Below, in pieces: positions 1-9,429 of a DNA stretch of 35,812 bases. Made by a program: the position numbers and the translations under genes. The stretch's first letter is position 1. The number at the start of each line of letters is the position of its first letter. The notes beneath the pieces are model-generated. The model had not been told where the DNA came from and ran no database searches. It saw nothing but the letters and a program-made list of their open reading frames with translations. Origin of the DNA: an uncultured Clostridia bacterium (GTDB taxonomy: Bacteria; Bacillota; Clostridia; Tissierellales; Sedimentibacteraceae); the NCBI GenBank assembly GCA_964617605.1, contig CAZTXR010000001.1:1-35812 (forward strand), given 5' to 3'.

Positions 1-1142
1 AATAAGGGGCCTGAAATTTTGCCTAAATATTTGTCAATTTGACCTTGGCTGCAGGTGCAATCATGGGTAGGATCTCCTAAGTAACCGCAAGGACAAGGGT
101 TCATGGATGCAACCATCATAAATTTAGCAGGAAATGTATAGGAGCCGGATGCTCTCGATATGGAAATTTTACCATCTTCCATAGGTTGACGGAGTACTTC
201 AATAACACTTTTAGGAAATTCGGGGATTTCGTCTAAGAATAAAACACCATAGTGAGACAAGGATACTTCTCCGGGTCGTGGTTTTAAGCCCCCTCCGGCC
301 ATTGATGTTCGGGATGATGTGTGATGGGGAGAACGAAAAGGTCTCGTTCTAATTAAGCCTTTGTTGCTGAGCAAACCGGATATGCTGTAGATTTTAGTAA
401 CTTCCAAGGATTCATCAAATGTAAGGTCTGGCAATATGGTTGGAATACGCCGTGCAATCATTGTTTTGCCTGAGCCCGGGCTTCCTAAAAGCAAAATGTT
501 GTGCATGCCGGCTGCTGCCACTTCAACTGCTCTTTTCATGGCAGGCTGTCCTTTAATTTCAGAAAAATCTTCTTGAAAATAATCTTGGTTATTAGCTAGG
601 TCGTACTTAAATTCAAATGGCTCAATATATAAATTTCCGTTTAAATAATCAACTAATTGGGAAATATTGTTAACAGCTATTATGTCAATTCCTTCTATAG
701 CGCCGCATTCTTCCTTATTGTCCTCAGGTACGACAGCTTTTTTAAAATTATTGTTACGCATTGAAATTATCATGGGAAGTGCGCCGTCAATTGCTGTTAT
801 TTTGCCGTCTAAAGACAATTCGCCTATTATGAAGGTTTTTTCATCCACCTTTTTATAAATTGCTTTAGATGCTGAAAGTATTCCCACTGCAATAGGCAGG
901 TCTATTTGACTTCCTTCTTTTTTTAAATTTGCCGGGGCAAGATTAACCGTAATACGGCTTACAGGAAATTCAAATCTGCAATTTTTAATAGCAGACCGTA
1001 CCCTTTCTTTTGATTCTTTAATTGAAATATCAGGCAGCCCTACAATATTAAAATTGGGAAGCCCCCCCGACAAATCTGTTTCCACATCCACTTCATAACC
1101 TTCAAGCCCGTAAAGGACACATGTTTTAATTTTTGAAAGCAT
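1..1142 (-). CDS. comM: YifB/ComM family Mg-chelatase-like AAA+ ATPase (partial, 3' end runs off the window; missing from the ORF track)
   Basis: Manual translation from ATG at 1142 (GGAGG upstream): [38 protein letters not shown]; ITVNLAPA; Walker A GSPGSGKT; RPFRSPHHT; [11 protein letters not shown]; ends ...KISGPL at the window edge. Confidence 0.93.
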   Translation of the reverse strand, partial: MLSKIKTCVLYGLEGYEVDVETDLSGGLPNFNIVGLPDISIKESKERVRSAIKNCRFEFPVSRITVNLAPANLKKEGSQIDLPIAVGILSASKAIYKKVDEKTFIIGELSLDGKITAIDGALPMIISMRNNNFKKAVVPEDNKEECGAIEGIDIIAVNNISQLVDYLNGNLYIEPFEFKYDLANNQDYFQEDFSEIKGQPAMKRAVEVAAAGMHNILLLGSPGSGKTMIARRIPTILPDLTFDESLEVTKIYSISGLLSNKGLIRTRPFRSPHHTSSRTSMAGGGLKPRPGEVSLSHYGVLFLDEIPEFPKSVIEVLRQPMEDGKISISRASGSYTFPAKFMMVASMNPCPCGYLGDPTHDCTCSQGQIDKYLGKISGPL

Positions 1143-1159
1143 AAAAACCTCCAATTTTC

Positions 1160-1966
1160 CTATGGAAGGAAGTGCATTAAGGGGAAAAAGCATAATAGAA
1201 GTATTTCAAAAAGCAAGAGTCTTCTTTCCGACTGAATGCTTCTAAAACTGAAATATTCCTCTGTTATGGAATCCAAAACATTGATTCTGTTTAGTAAAAT
1301 ATCATATCTGTCGTTTAATTCATAATATTCACTGAATATATCAAATATAGTTCTTGATTTGATTGTATTGTTAAACTCTGCCGGCCTGTCAAGGAGTCTG
1401 ACACTTTCTATTGTATTATATTTAAATCTTATGCATTCTGCCATTACAGATACTACCTTTTTGGTATTGGCTCTAAGTTTTCCCTTTTTTAAATAGTCAA
1501 TAAATATATCCGCATTATCCAAGACAAGGGGAAGTTCAGTTTCTATTTTGTAAAGTTCAATGGACTTTGCAAGTATTGTGGCAGCAATATCAATAATAAC
1601 TTCATTGTATTTAAACTGCTGCTCTGATTCAGGCCATAATTTAATATACCCATCCTCAGTTATAGTCATGGTTTGAGATTCATTGTAGCGCGATAATAAT
1701 TTGCTGTCCAAATCCACAAATGAACTTCTTAAGTAATCCAAAAAATTATGGATTTCGTTTTGGTTGAATCCTACAAATGTTATACAACCGTATTTATAAA
1801 GGTATACCTTTTTATCTGATTCATATTTGAATATCTTTTCTATATGTTCTTTATTTAATTTTATGTATTCCTTCCAACCCGCTTCTAATTTTAAATCAAA
1901 ATAAGAAGAAATATTGACCAAAGGAAGCTTGGAGGCTATTTTATATGTACTAAGTGTTATTTCCAT
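1160..1966 (-). CDS. RMD1/DUF155 family protein (paralog 2)
   Basis: [29 protein letters not shown] motifs and a C-terminal hydrophobic helix, parallel to the upstream paralog. Confidence 0.78.
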   Translation of the reverse strand: MEITLSTYKIASKLPLVNISSYFDLKLEAGWKEYIKLNKEHIEKIFKYESDKKVYLYKYGCITFVGFNQNEIHNFLDYLRSSFVDLDSKLLSRYNESQTMTITEDGYIKLWPESEQQFKYNEVIIDIAATILAKSIELYKIETELPLVLDNADIFIDYLKKGKLRANTKKVVSVMAECIRFKYNTIESVRLLDRPAEFNNTIKSRTIFDIFSEYYELNDRYDILLNRINVLDSITEEYFSFRSIQSERRLLLFEILLLCFFPLMHFLP

Positions 1967-1976
1967 ATCATCCGCC

Positions 1977-2798
1977 TTATTTCAATAAATCAATAAACAT
2001 TAATACCACTTCGATTATAATTAAAATTATAACTAAGAGCTCTAAATAAAGACCTCTTATGGAATGACTTATATTTGCGAAACCATCTACTATATTTTTT
2101 AATATTTCTGTCTTGCTTTTAATTATTTCATATCTGTCATTTAATTCAAAAAATTCTGACATCTGCTCATAAAAATATTGTGCATCACTGTTTATCCATG
2201 TAATATCCGGCTTATCCAAAATCATTATGTATGCAATCGTATTGTACTCATGCCTTACAATTCTTGATGTAATCTTTGCCAATTCTTTATTTCTGATATT
2301 TATCTTTCCCTTTTCAAAACTGACTATTTTACTTTCCAAATCATCTAAAATTTTACTAAGCCGTTCTTCCATTCTTTCAAGCGCAACAGATTTTGCTATT
2401 ATAACTGATATAAGTTCAGGATAGAATAATTCCATCTCAGGAATTTGAACATAATCATCTGTAAATTCAATTTCCTCTCCTTCTGCTATATGAAGAGCAT
2501 AATCATCTTGAAACCTGTGATAGTTCTGCATGTCAATATCAGGCTTAAAGTCTTTGATATAAAGCATAAATCTTTCTATATGTTCCTTGTTTGAATTAAT
2601 AAAAACTATGCTGCCAAAGGAAAAAACAAGGACAATTTCATCTTCATTGACTTCACTTATAATCCTTTTTAACACTTCACCCTGCAAAATTAAAGGTTCT
2701 TCCCATGTGTATTTTTTCTTGATACTGCATTCAACCGCAATTTTATTTAAATCAATTTCATTTGTAACAGCATAGGTTTTAAAATCTAAGTTTTTCAT
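1977..2798 (-). CDS. RMD1/DUF155 family protein (paralog 1)
   Basis: FSFGSIVF, IAKSVALE, ILDKPDITW, EFFELNDRY, C-terminal LELLVIILIIIEV; ATG at 2798 preferred over GTG at 2804. Confidence 0.85.
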   Translation of the reverse strand: MKNLDFKTYAVTNEIDLNKIAVECSIKKKYTWEEPLILQGEVLKRIISEVNEDEIVLVFSFGSIVFINSNKEHIERFMLYIKDFKPDIDMQNYHRFQDDYALHIAEGEEIEFTDDYVQIPEMELFYPELISVIIAKSVALERMEERLSKILDDLESKIVSFEKGKINIRNKELAKITSRIVRHEYNTIAYIMILDKPDITWINSDAQYFYEQMSEFFELNDRYEIIKSKTEILKNIVDGFANISHSIRGLYLELLVIILIIIEVVLMFIDLLK

Positions 2799-2927
2799 AT
2801 TCACCTTCTGTGGTACTTTAGTTTAAAAAGAAGTACAAACCCCTATTATTTTTCTTTGCTATGAAATTATAGCACATATTGTAATAAATAACCATAGTTT
2901 ATCAGGTAATACTTTAAAAAGTCCTGT

Positions 2928-3043
2928 AAAAAAAGGGTTACGGATAAGACCCCGATAGGGTGTTGTACTGTCGCCATTCTTATTGATACATGAACAGTAA
3001 CAAGCCTAAAAAAGGGTGGTCGCTTCTTATGACCATCCCCTTT
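2928..3043 (-). other. Structured intergenic element: terminator hairpin for the ferritin-like gene, with an alternative ~115-nt long rod fold
   Basis: Minus strand: AAAGGGGATGGTC/GACCACCCTTT hairpin followed by a U-run; alternatively AAAGGG/CCCTTT, ATGG/CCGT, ATAAGA/TCTTAT, TAGG/CCTA and TACTGTT/GACAGTA pair end to end. Confidence 0.45.
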
Positions 3044-3069
3044 CGTTTAATTATTTTATTGCCCTTTTG

Positions 3070-3567
3070 CTAAAATGGCGAAAAACGCTGCTCGGCCCAC
3101 CATTCCTCTTTTAATATATTGTATTGATTAGTGAATTGATCTAAATGAACTTTTTCCCACTTAATCAATATATCAAACAAATCCTTGCTTGTCTTTGATT
3201 TTACTTTTTCTTTAGCTTCTTCATAAAAATCTACAGAGCTTTTCTCCATTTGCATTCCTATTCCAAATATGGACATTTCCTTTGTGGCATATAATTTATT
3301 AACCTTGTCCCAACGATAAATTTCCGGAGAAGGTATGCTTATGCCGGAAAATAATATTTCCTCTACATTTATTTCGTCTCCATCATTGAGAATGGTCCAT
3401 AATTTTTTTAAATATTCCGAATGCTTTAGTTCCTCATTGGCTAAAGATGTAAAAGCTTCTTTTGTACCCTGGCTCTTGGCTTGTTCTCCTGCCATTTTAT
3501 AAAATTCATAGCCTTCCATTTCATTTAAAACAGCTTGAGAAATAATAGAAAGTTCTTCCTTATACAT
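3070..3567 (-). CDS. Ferritin-like / rubrerythrin-domain protein
   Basis: Two E..FY and E-x-x-H diiron half-motifs (NEMEGYEFY...EELKH; MEKSSVDFY...WEKVH); C-terminal W...F.PF; AGGAGG RBS; TGgTATAAT extended -10 upstream. Confidence 0.85.
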   Translation of the reverse strand: MYKEELSIISQAVLNEMEGYEFYKMAGEQAKSQGTKEAFTSLANEELKHSEYLKKLWTILNDGDEINVEEILFSGISIPSPEIYRWDKVNKLYATKEMSIFGIGMQMEKSSVDFYEEAKEKVKSKTSKDLFDILIKWEKVHLDQFTNQYNILKEEWWAEQRFSPF

Positions 3568-3622
3568 AATATCCTCCTAATTTTTATATTATTATTATAC
3601 CATCAGGAGCAATTCTTAAACA

Positions 3623-5521
3623 TTATTCCTTCACAGCTACAGCTTTTTTAACTGCATTTATAAGCGCCTTGCTTGTAACTGTTGCACCGGAAACTGCATC
3701 CACATCAGTTGTTTGCTTTTCTATAATGGACTTAATAACTGTATCTATGGCATTTGTGCTTACTCCCCTTGTTTCATTGTGATGTGTAACATCAATATTT
3801 ATAATTTTATCATTCTTCATTGTAACCAAAACTTTAATAGGGCCCCCTATTCCTCTGTCTTCGCCTATATATTCCCCGGATTGAGGAATAATTTCTGCCG
3901 CTTCCTGCCAAATTGCTTTAACAGGTATTTTCCCTTCCATTACCGATTCCAAAGCTGCGTCATCTTTCATTTCAGCTGCATTTTGGCCTGCAATTTGTCC
4001 GAATATAAGGCATTCACCCAAATTGCCGGAGCCCTGATAAATTCCTGAAAACATTGAACCTAATTCACCGGCACTGTAAAGATGAGGAATTATATTTCCT
4101 TTAATATCTAAAACTTTACCCTTTTCATTTCTTTCAGGACCTCCTTGAGTGTTTGTAAAGGATGGTACTAATTCCATTGCATAAAACGGCCCCTTTTTGA
4201 TTGGCTTTAGTGTATCCTTAGCTCTTCCAAAGATTGGATCCTTTTTATCTGAACAATATCCGTTGTATTCCCTTATTTGTTTTTGTAAATTATCTGGGTT
4301 AAGGCCTATTTTTTCTGCCAACTCTTTAATTGTATCTGCTTTTACAATCAATCCCTTTTCTATTTCTTCCACATTGCCCTCACTCCATGTAGGATATACA
4401 GGTTGTGAAAGGCGTGCACTTTCATCAAATATGGCATATGCAGGAAGAGATAAGGGCATCTGTTTCCACATACCGTGAAAATCTATGTGGCCGTGATTTG
4501 GCAAAATGGATTCATCTGTGAACCGTGTTCCGTCCGCTCCGACAAATATTACATTTTGCCTTCCAAAGCCCGAGCATAGGTCAGCAGCCTTTTCGCCTTG
4601 AATCGCATATGCAAAGGCAGTATTTGTTTCAGGATTTAATACATTTAAATCCGGACCCGCAATGTTGCTCATATGCCATAAATTTGCCCCAACTTCCATT
4701 GCCATTTTGATTCCGTCACCGGTGTTGTATCTTGCTGCTTTGGAATATGCATATGGAAGCTGCAGATAATCCTGTATCATTTGCATATTGTTTTCAAATC
4801 CTCCGGTACACAAAACCACTCCGTTTTTTGCCCTAATGTTTAATAAGGTGCCGTTATTGTCAACCTTTACACCATGAATTATTTTTGTATCAGGATCCTG
4901 TATCAAGCTTAGGCCCGGAGATTCAAACCAAACTTCTATTAAATCCTTTCTATCTTCAACTGCTTCCTGCAAGGTTCTGTATAAGGCGCTTGTCCATATT
5001 TCTCCATCTATCAGCATTGCATCCATTACTTCCCCCCCGGGCAAATTATATTCCTGAAACGGGAAGACAAAAATATTTTCTGCTCCTAAATATTTTAGCC
5101 ATTCATAGTTAGTGCTTGCATATTCTATATATGTTTTAATCATTTCATCGCTTGGGGTCTTGTATTTACCGCGAAGATTTTTAAAATATTCTGTACCCTT
5201 ATCTATGTTCTCTTTGTCGATACTTATGACTGCCTGCATAGCAAATCTTGTATTTCCACCTTCTTCACCTTTAGGAGCTTTTTCAAGAAGCAGTACGCTT
5301 GCTCCTTCATCTGCAGCCTTTATACTTGCTGTAGCTCCTGCCCCCCCATATCCAACAACAATAACATCATATTCTCCATGCCAATCAACCGTTCCTAAAA
5401 AATTATTGCTTGAATTCTTTATGGCTTCTTGGTTTTGTCCATCAATGCTTTCAAAGGAAAATCCCGTTATAGTCTGCATTAAGATTAAAAAAAACAAAAG
5501 TAATACAAATAATTTTTTCAT
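3623..5521 (-). CDS. Secreted FAD-dependent oxidoreductase (flavocytochrome c/fumarate reductase/KstD superfamily) with a C-terminal FMN-binding (flavinylated) domain
   Basis: Signal peptide; DVIVVGYGGAG...LLEK...GGNT FAD motif; VVLCTGGF; NTGDG; TQGG; LYSAGE; C-terminal GIGGPIKV...ETRG...DAVSGATVTS. Confidence 0.88.
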   Translation of the reverse strand: MKKLFVLLLFFLILMQTITGFSFESIDGQNQEAIKNSSNNFLGTVDWHGEYDVIVVGYGGAGATASIKAADEGASVLLLEKAPKGEEGGNTRFAMQAVISIDKENIDKGTEYFKNLRGKYKTPSDEMIKTYIEYASTNYEWLKYLGAENIFVFPFQEYNLPGGEVMDAMLIDGEIWTSALYRTLQEAVEDRKDLIEVWFESPGLSLIQDPDTKIIHGVKVDNNGTLLNIRAKNGVVLCTGGFENNMQMIQDYLQLPYAYSKAARYNTGDGIKMAMEVGANLWHMSNIAGPDLNVLNPETNTAFAYAIQGEKAADLCSGFGRQNVIFVGADGTRFTDESILPNHGHIDFHGMWKQMPLSLPAYAIFDESARLSQPVYPTWSEGNVEEIEKGLIVKADTIKELAEKIGLNPDNLQKQIREYNGYCSDKKDPIFGRAKDTLKPIKKGPFYAMELVPSFTNTQGGPERNEKGKVLDIKGNIIPHLYSAGELGSMFSGIYQGSGNLGECLIFGQIAGQNAAEMKDDAALESVMEGKIPVKAIWQEAAEIIPQSGEYIGEDRGIGGPIKVLVTMKNDKIINIDVTHHNETRGVSTNAIDTVIKSIIEKQTTDVDAVSGATVTSKALINAVKKAVAVKE

Positions 5522-6135
5522 CCTTTCCTCCTCCTTTTTTCCATAGCTGATAATTCCCTTTTTTCTTCTTCTATAATAATTTCTTTCCTTATATTTAGCT
5601 CCCGGGATAATATGTCAATAAGTATACTCCTGAAATTAATTTTCCATTCTGTCATAGCCGGGTCGTAAGTTAATGCATAGGCAGACAGCTTGCCTGCATC
5701 TTCAGAAATATAGCCTTCTTTAGACTGCTCAAAATCAATTCCGTAAATTTTACTCCCCCTTATTATGAAATTTCTAAAATTAACATCATATAATATTATT
5801 TGTTCATTGCAACAATCAAATGTTGCATTATAAAAGGCTTTAAGCCAGCTGCACAGCTCATAAATCACAGTTTCATCCAAAATGTTTCGTTTTTCTGATT
5901 CTTCATACCAGTCAAGCAGCGTTCTTTCCCCCAAATCTTCAAGGTATAATACATTATCCTCTGACTTTATTATTGAGGGAACATTAACTCCCGAATTTTT
6001 AAGCATATGCAATAGGTCTTTTTCCTTTTGGAAGCTTTCTTTACTCTTAAAACATTTTACTATATATGCATTGTCTTCTTCCATAATACGCATTACCGAA
6101 TTTCGCTTGCTCAATAACTTTATCTTTTTATGCAT
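5518..6135 (-). CDS. Small protein-kinase-like phosphotransferase (APH/RIO/Kdo-kinase-like), cytoplasmic
   Basis: IVKCF Lys, helix-C Glu (FQKEK), GVNVP, LYLEDLG hinge, YDVNFRNF catalytic loop, IDFEQ metal loop. Confidence 0.75.
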   Translation of the reverse strand: MHKKIKLLSKRNSVMRIMEEDNAYIVKCFKSKESFQKEKDLLHMLKNSGVNVPSIIKSEDNVLYLEDLGERTLLDWYEESEKRNILDETVIYELCSWLKAFYNATFDCCNEQIILYDVNFRNFIIRGSKIYGIDFEQSKEGYISEDAGKLSAYALTYDPAMTEWKINFRSILIDILSRELNIRKEIIIEEEKRELSAMEKRRRKG

Positions 6136-6866
6136 ATTTCAATATCCCCATTTTTTGTATACCCATTCAGTTCCTTTGCAATACCTTCAATTGTATTTAT
6201 TAAAATATTCTGGACAAAAGGCACCATTGTAATTTCTTTGCCGTCAACTTTCAAAATAATACTTTGCTCTGTCAAAGTACAATCCCCCCTTTCCGCTTTC
6301 CCTTTTAATATAAGAGCCGATAATTGACTGCATGTGTGCCCGCAACTTTGGCAGCATTCATCATCCACGTCAGGTAATCTTTCAAATACTCTTTCCTCTA
6401 TTAAATCGACCAATTTCTCAATATCAGTCAATGAATTTATGACAGGAATTCCTTCATAATCCAATAAGCCCTCAGATATTCGCCCTGATATGGCAAATGT
6501 CCTTTCATCCATTTTTTCTAAAATTCCCTCGATATTATGTGCAGTAACTATTTTTGGAGCACACGTATCTCTTACCCCTTCCAATACAACAAAGTCATGA
6601 TTGTAAAAGCTTAAAATTTCATTTATATTCAGTTTGTTTTGAAACAATATATCGGTTTCATACATTCCCCTTGCTGTAACTAATTGTGAGCCTGCATCTT
6701 TATGCCTGTAAGTATTGCTTCCTTCAATATCAATTTTAAACTTTTCATAATGAATTTCTTTTACACTTCCTACCGTGTACTTTCTTCTTCTAAGTTCCTT
6801 TATTATATTTTCTATGGTAGTAGTTTTACCGGATTTCGATATTCCGATTACAGAAAAAACTTTCAT
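6120..6866 (-). CDS. mobB: Molybdopterin-guanine dinucleotide biosynthesis protein MobB with a C-terminal Fe-S domain
   Basis: N-terminal GISKSGKTT P-loop, VGSVKEIH, DIEGSNTYRH..AG, DFVVLEG; Cys cluster CCQSCGHTC...C; VPFVQ tail. Confidence 0.88.
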   Translation of the reverse strand: MKVFSVIGISKSGKTTTIENIIKELRRRKYTVGSVKEIHYEKFKIDIEGSNTYRHKDAGSQLVTARGMYETDILFQNKLNINEILSFYNHDFVVLEGVRDTCAPKIVTAHNIEGILEKMDERTFAISGRISEGLLDYEGIPVINSLTDIEKLVDLIEERVFERLPDVDDECCQSCGHTCSQLSALILKGKAERGDCTLTEQSIILKVDGKEITMVPFVQNILINTIEGIAKELNGYTKNGDIEICIKR

Positions 6867-6877
6867 GTTCCACCTCT

Positions 6878-7594
6878 TTACATAAAGATTATAAACAATA
6901 ACGCTGCACCTATACTAAGCCCTATGGTAAGATAATCATAAACATTCATCTTTAAGACCAAGTAGCTGCTTCTTTTTGGGTAGGCCCTAAACCCTCTCAT
7001 TTCCATTGCCGCAGAAAGTTCCTTTGCTTTTATAACAGAATTTATTGTTATTGGGGTAAGTATATATTTATAAACCAAAATTTTTTTATTTAATTTAATT
7101 TTATTTATATCAATACCCCTAAGCTGTATGGCTGTAATCATATCCGTCATTTCTTCTTTAAAAACTGGTAAAAATCGTAATGCTAGAGACACCATAAAAG
7201 CTATTTCATAAGGGCAGTGCCACTGAATAAGTCCTTGAATTATTTCCCTGCTTGATGATCTTGTAATAATTGCTGCTGAAACTATGATTATAGAAATCCT
7301 TAAAATGAATTCGAGAGACTTGATTACTCCATAATCAGTAAGTAATGTAAATTTTCCTGTTATCAAAATGGGATTTCCTGTTTTAGTCAATAAACTTTGC
7401 AATAGTGCTATTAAAATTATAATTTTTAATAATTTTTTTATCCTTACTGCTATTGATATTAGATTAACATTGTGTAATAAAGCAATTACTATGGAAGCAC
7501 ATAAAATTAGTGACAATGAAGATAATTTATTATAAATTAATGCCATGGTTGAAAGTATTAAAACTTGGATTAATTTTGTTCGGGGGTCATTCAT
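6878..7594 (-). CDS. ecfT: ECF transporter transmembrane (T) component
   Basis: DPRTKL N-terminus, LALRFLP, two X-R-G coupling motifs (QLRG, EMRG); start at 7594 overlaps the upstream stop. Confidence 0.9.
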   Translation of the reverse strand: MNDPRTKLIQVLILSTMALIYNKLSSLSLILCASIVIALLHNVNLISIAVRIKKLLKIIILIALLQSLLTKTGNPILITGKFTLLTDYGVIKSLEFILRISIIIVSAAIITRSSSREIIQGLIQWHCPYEIAFMVSLALRFLPVFKEEMTDMITAIQLRGIDINKIKLNKKILVYKYILTPITINSVIKAKELSAAMEMRGFRAYPKRSSYLVLKMNVYDYLTIGLSIGAALLFIIFM

Positions 7595-8249
7595 AAAATT
7601 GTCCCCCTTCAATGTTTATTACTCTGTCTTTATGCATGTCTATGAAATTTTTGTTATGGCTTACAAGAAGCATGCCTATTTTTCTGTCTTTTAGTTCATT
7701 TAGCACTTCCGACAATGAGTTTATTCTTTCTTTGTCAAGGGACGCAGTAGGCTCATCCAATATCAGGTATTTAGGTCCAATCATCAATACAGAAGCAATG
7801 GCTAATCGCCTTTTTTCTCCGTAGCTTAGAAATGAAGGATATGAATTTTGAACTTTTTTAAGGTCAAATATTTCAAGCATCTCCAATGCCTTTTTATTAA
7901 CCTCTTCCTTGTTATATCCCTTAAATAATAAAGGAAATGTCAATTCCTCCATAACTGAAGTGCTAAAAAGCTGTCTTTCAGGATATTGAAATACATAACC
8001 GATCATTTCGCCGATACTGCCAAGAGAAAGCAAATTTGTATTTTTGCCGAATATTTTTATTTCTCCGGAGGAGGGTTTTATAATTCCCATAATTAATTTT
8101 GTGAAGGTTGTTTTTCCGGACCCGTTTCTCCCTGTCAAAAAAGTGGTTTCTCCGTTATTTAATTGCATAGAAATATTTTCAAACACATATCCCTTGCCAT
8201 AGCCATAGCCATAAGAAATATTGTTGATTTCAATTTTATTATCCATCAT
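7587..8249 (-). CDS. ECF transporter ATPase (A')
   Basis: GRNGSGKTT, VFQYPERQLF, LSYGEKRR, ILDEPT, VSH. Confidence 0.9.
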   Translation of the reverse strand: MMDNKIEINNISYGYGYGKGYVFENISMQLNNGETTFLTGRNGSGKTTFTKLIMGIIKPSSGEIKIFGKNTNLLSLGSIGEMIGYVFQYPERQLFSTSVMEELTFPLLFKGYNKEEVNKKALEMLEIFDLKKVQNSYPSFLSYGEKRRLAIASVLMIGPKYLILDEPTASLDKERINSLSEVLNELKDRKIGMLLVSHNKNFIDMHKDRVINIEGGQFYE

Positions 8250-8917
8250 TCACCTAAATAAATAATTCTGTCTGCAATTTTTATATTTTCAAGGTCATGA
8301 TCAACCATAAGTATAGTTTTTCCTTCTTCTTTTAACTTAAGAAGTACCTTCATTATTATTTCTTTTCCTTCATCATCAATCCATGACATTATTTCATCGC
8401 ATATTAATATGGAGGGATTAAGCATCAAGGTTGATGCTATAGCAATAAGCTGCTGTTGACCTCCTGACAAATTATTGGGATTGTCATATCTTGACTTTTC
8501 CATATTTATGATTTTTAAGATTTCCTGCATTCGCATCCCTATTTCCTCTCTGTCAAGGCATAAGTTTTCAGGTCCAAATGCAAGCTCGTCTTCAATTGTA
8601 GGAGAAAAAAGCTGGGTTGAAGGATTTTGAAATATTATTCCTATTTTTGTGACTGTTTCAGCAATACTTAAGTTGATAATATTTTCTCCGTAAATTAATA
8701 CTTCCCCTGACAGATGACCCTTGTACAATCTTGGAATAAGCCCGCAAATCAAGTTGCACAGGGTGCTTTTGCCACAGCCGCTCTGCCCTTTTATGGCAAC
8801 TGTTTCACCTGATTTCACAGTAAAATTTACATCCTTTAAAATGTAGTCCTGTGAGTTGTTATATTTAAAGCTTAGATTCTTAACTTCTAGTGCATCTTTC
8901 GTATTTATCGCATTCAT
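8246..8917 (-). CDS. ECF transporter ATPase (A)
   Basis: GQSGCGKST, IFQNPSTQLF, ELAFGPEN, LSGGQQQ, ICDE, VDH. Confidence 0.9.
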   Translation of the reverse strand: MNAINTKDALEVKNLSFKYNNSQDYILKDVNFTVKSGETVAIKGQSGCGKSTLCNLICGLIPRLYKGHLSGEVLIYGENIINLSIAETVTKIGIIFQNPSTQLFSPTIEDELAFGPENLCLDREEIGMRMQEILKIINMEKSRYDNPNNLSGGQQQLIAIASTLMLNPSILICDEIMSWIDDEGKEIIMKVLLKLKEEGKTILMVDHDLENIKIADRIIYLGE

Positions 8918-9429
8918 TATTTAACCTCAATTTCAGTAATCCACTTGCACCTTCTGTTGCTGAAATTATCAGAAACAACTATTGATTCATAAGGCCCCCT
9001 GCCCCCTGTATCCCTGCTGCCAAGGTAGGCATTGTCCTCCATAAAGGCAATATATACATTTTTTTGGGCTAACACTTCTTCGGAAGAATAAGCGACGGAA
9101 TAACCGTCAACAGCTTTGATTATAATTGTTTTGTTTTGAAAACTTACATTGTTCTTCTCTAATAAATCCTTTAGCTGAACTCCTGTGTACATGTGGCTAG
9201 TAGGCTTTGTTTTGGCTGTGTCGAAAACTGCTTCAAAATTTTCACTGTATAAAATTATATTTTCCCTGTTTAATATACTTATCTTACCATCGTAAGCCAA
9301 CACAATTTGAGCATTAGCCAAAATTTGTTTCTGCTTTTCAATATTGGCATTATTAAAATTTAAGGATATAGTCAATACAATTATTAAAATTAATATTAAT
9401 GCAACAATTATTGCAGCTCTTTTTTTCAT
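8917..9429 (-). CDS. Membrane-anchored protein with one Cys-less molybdopterin-binding (sulfite oxidase/MsrP-like) domain
   Basis: N-terminal TM/signal; YTGVQLKDLL, KAVDGYS, YIAF.ED, GPYESIV, KWITEIEV. Confidence 0.75.
   Translation of the reverse strand: MKKRAAIIVALILILIIVLTISLNFNNANIEKQKQILANAQIVLAYDGKISILNRENIILYSENFEAVFDTAKTKPTSHMYTGVQLKDLLEKNNVSFQNKTIIIKAVDGYSVAYSSEEVLAQKNVYIAFMEDNAYLGSRDTGGRGPYESIVVSDNFSNRRCKWITEIEVK

Noticed and set aside
2928-3043. 6S RNA, SRP RNA or a type I toxin-antitoxin locus
   Set aside because: It is too short for typical 6S and lacks the SRP GGAA-loop motif. The tiny ORFs on either strand (MVIRSDHPF..., MNSNKPKKG...) have no properly spaced RBS.
3586-3600. 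PerR-like box over the ferritin-like gene promoter
   Set aside because: It matches TTATAATnATTATAA at only 11 of 14 positions in very AT-rich DNA and overlaps the -10 box; not distinguishable from chance.
8188-8213. GYGYGKGY short repeat (ccatag x2-3) in the ECF ATPase
   Set aside because: It is a tiny in-frame microduplication in a variable N-terminal loop with no evident functional signal.
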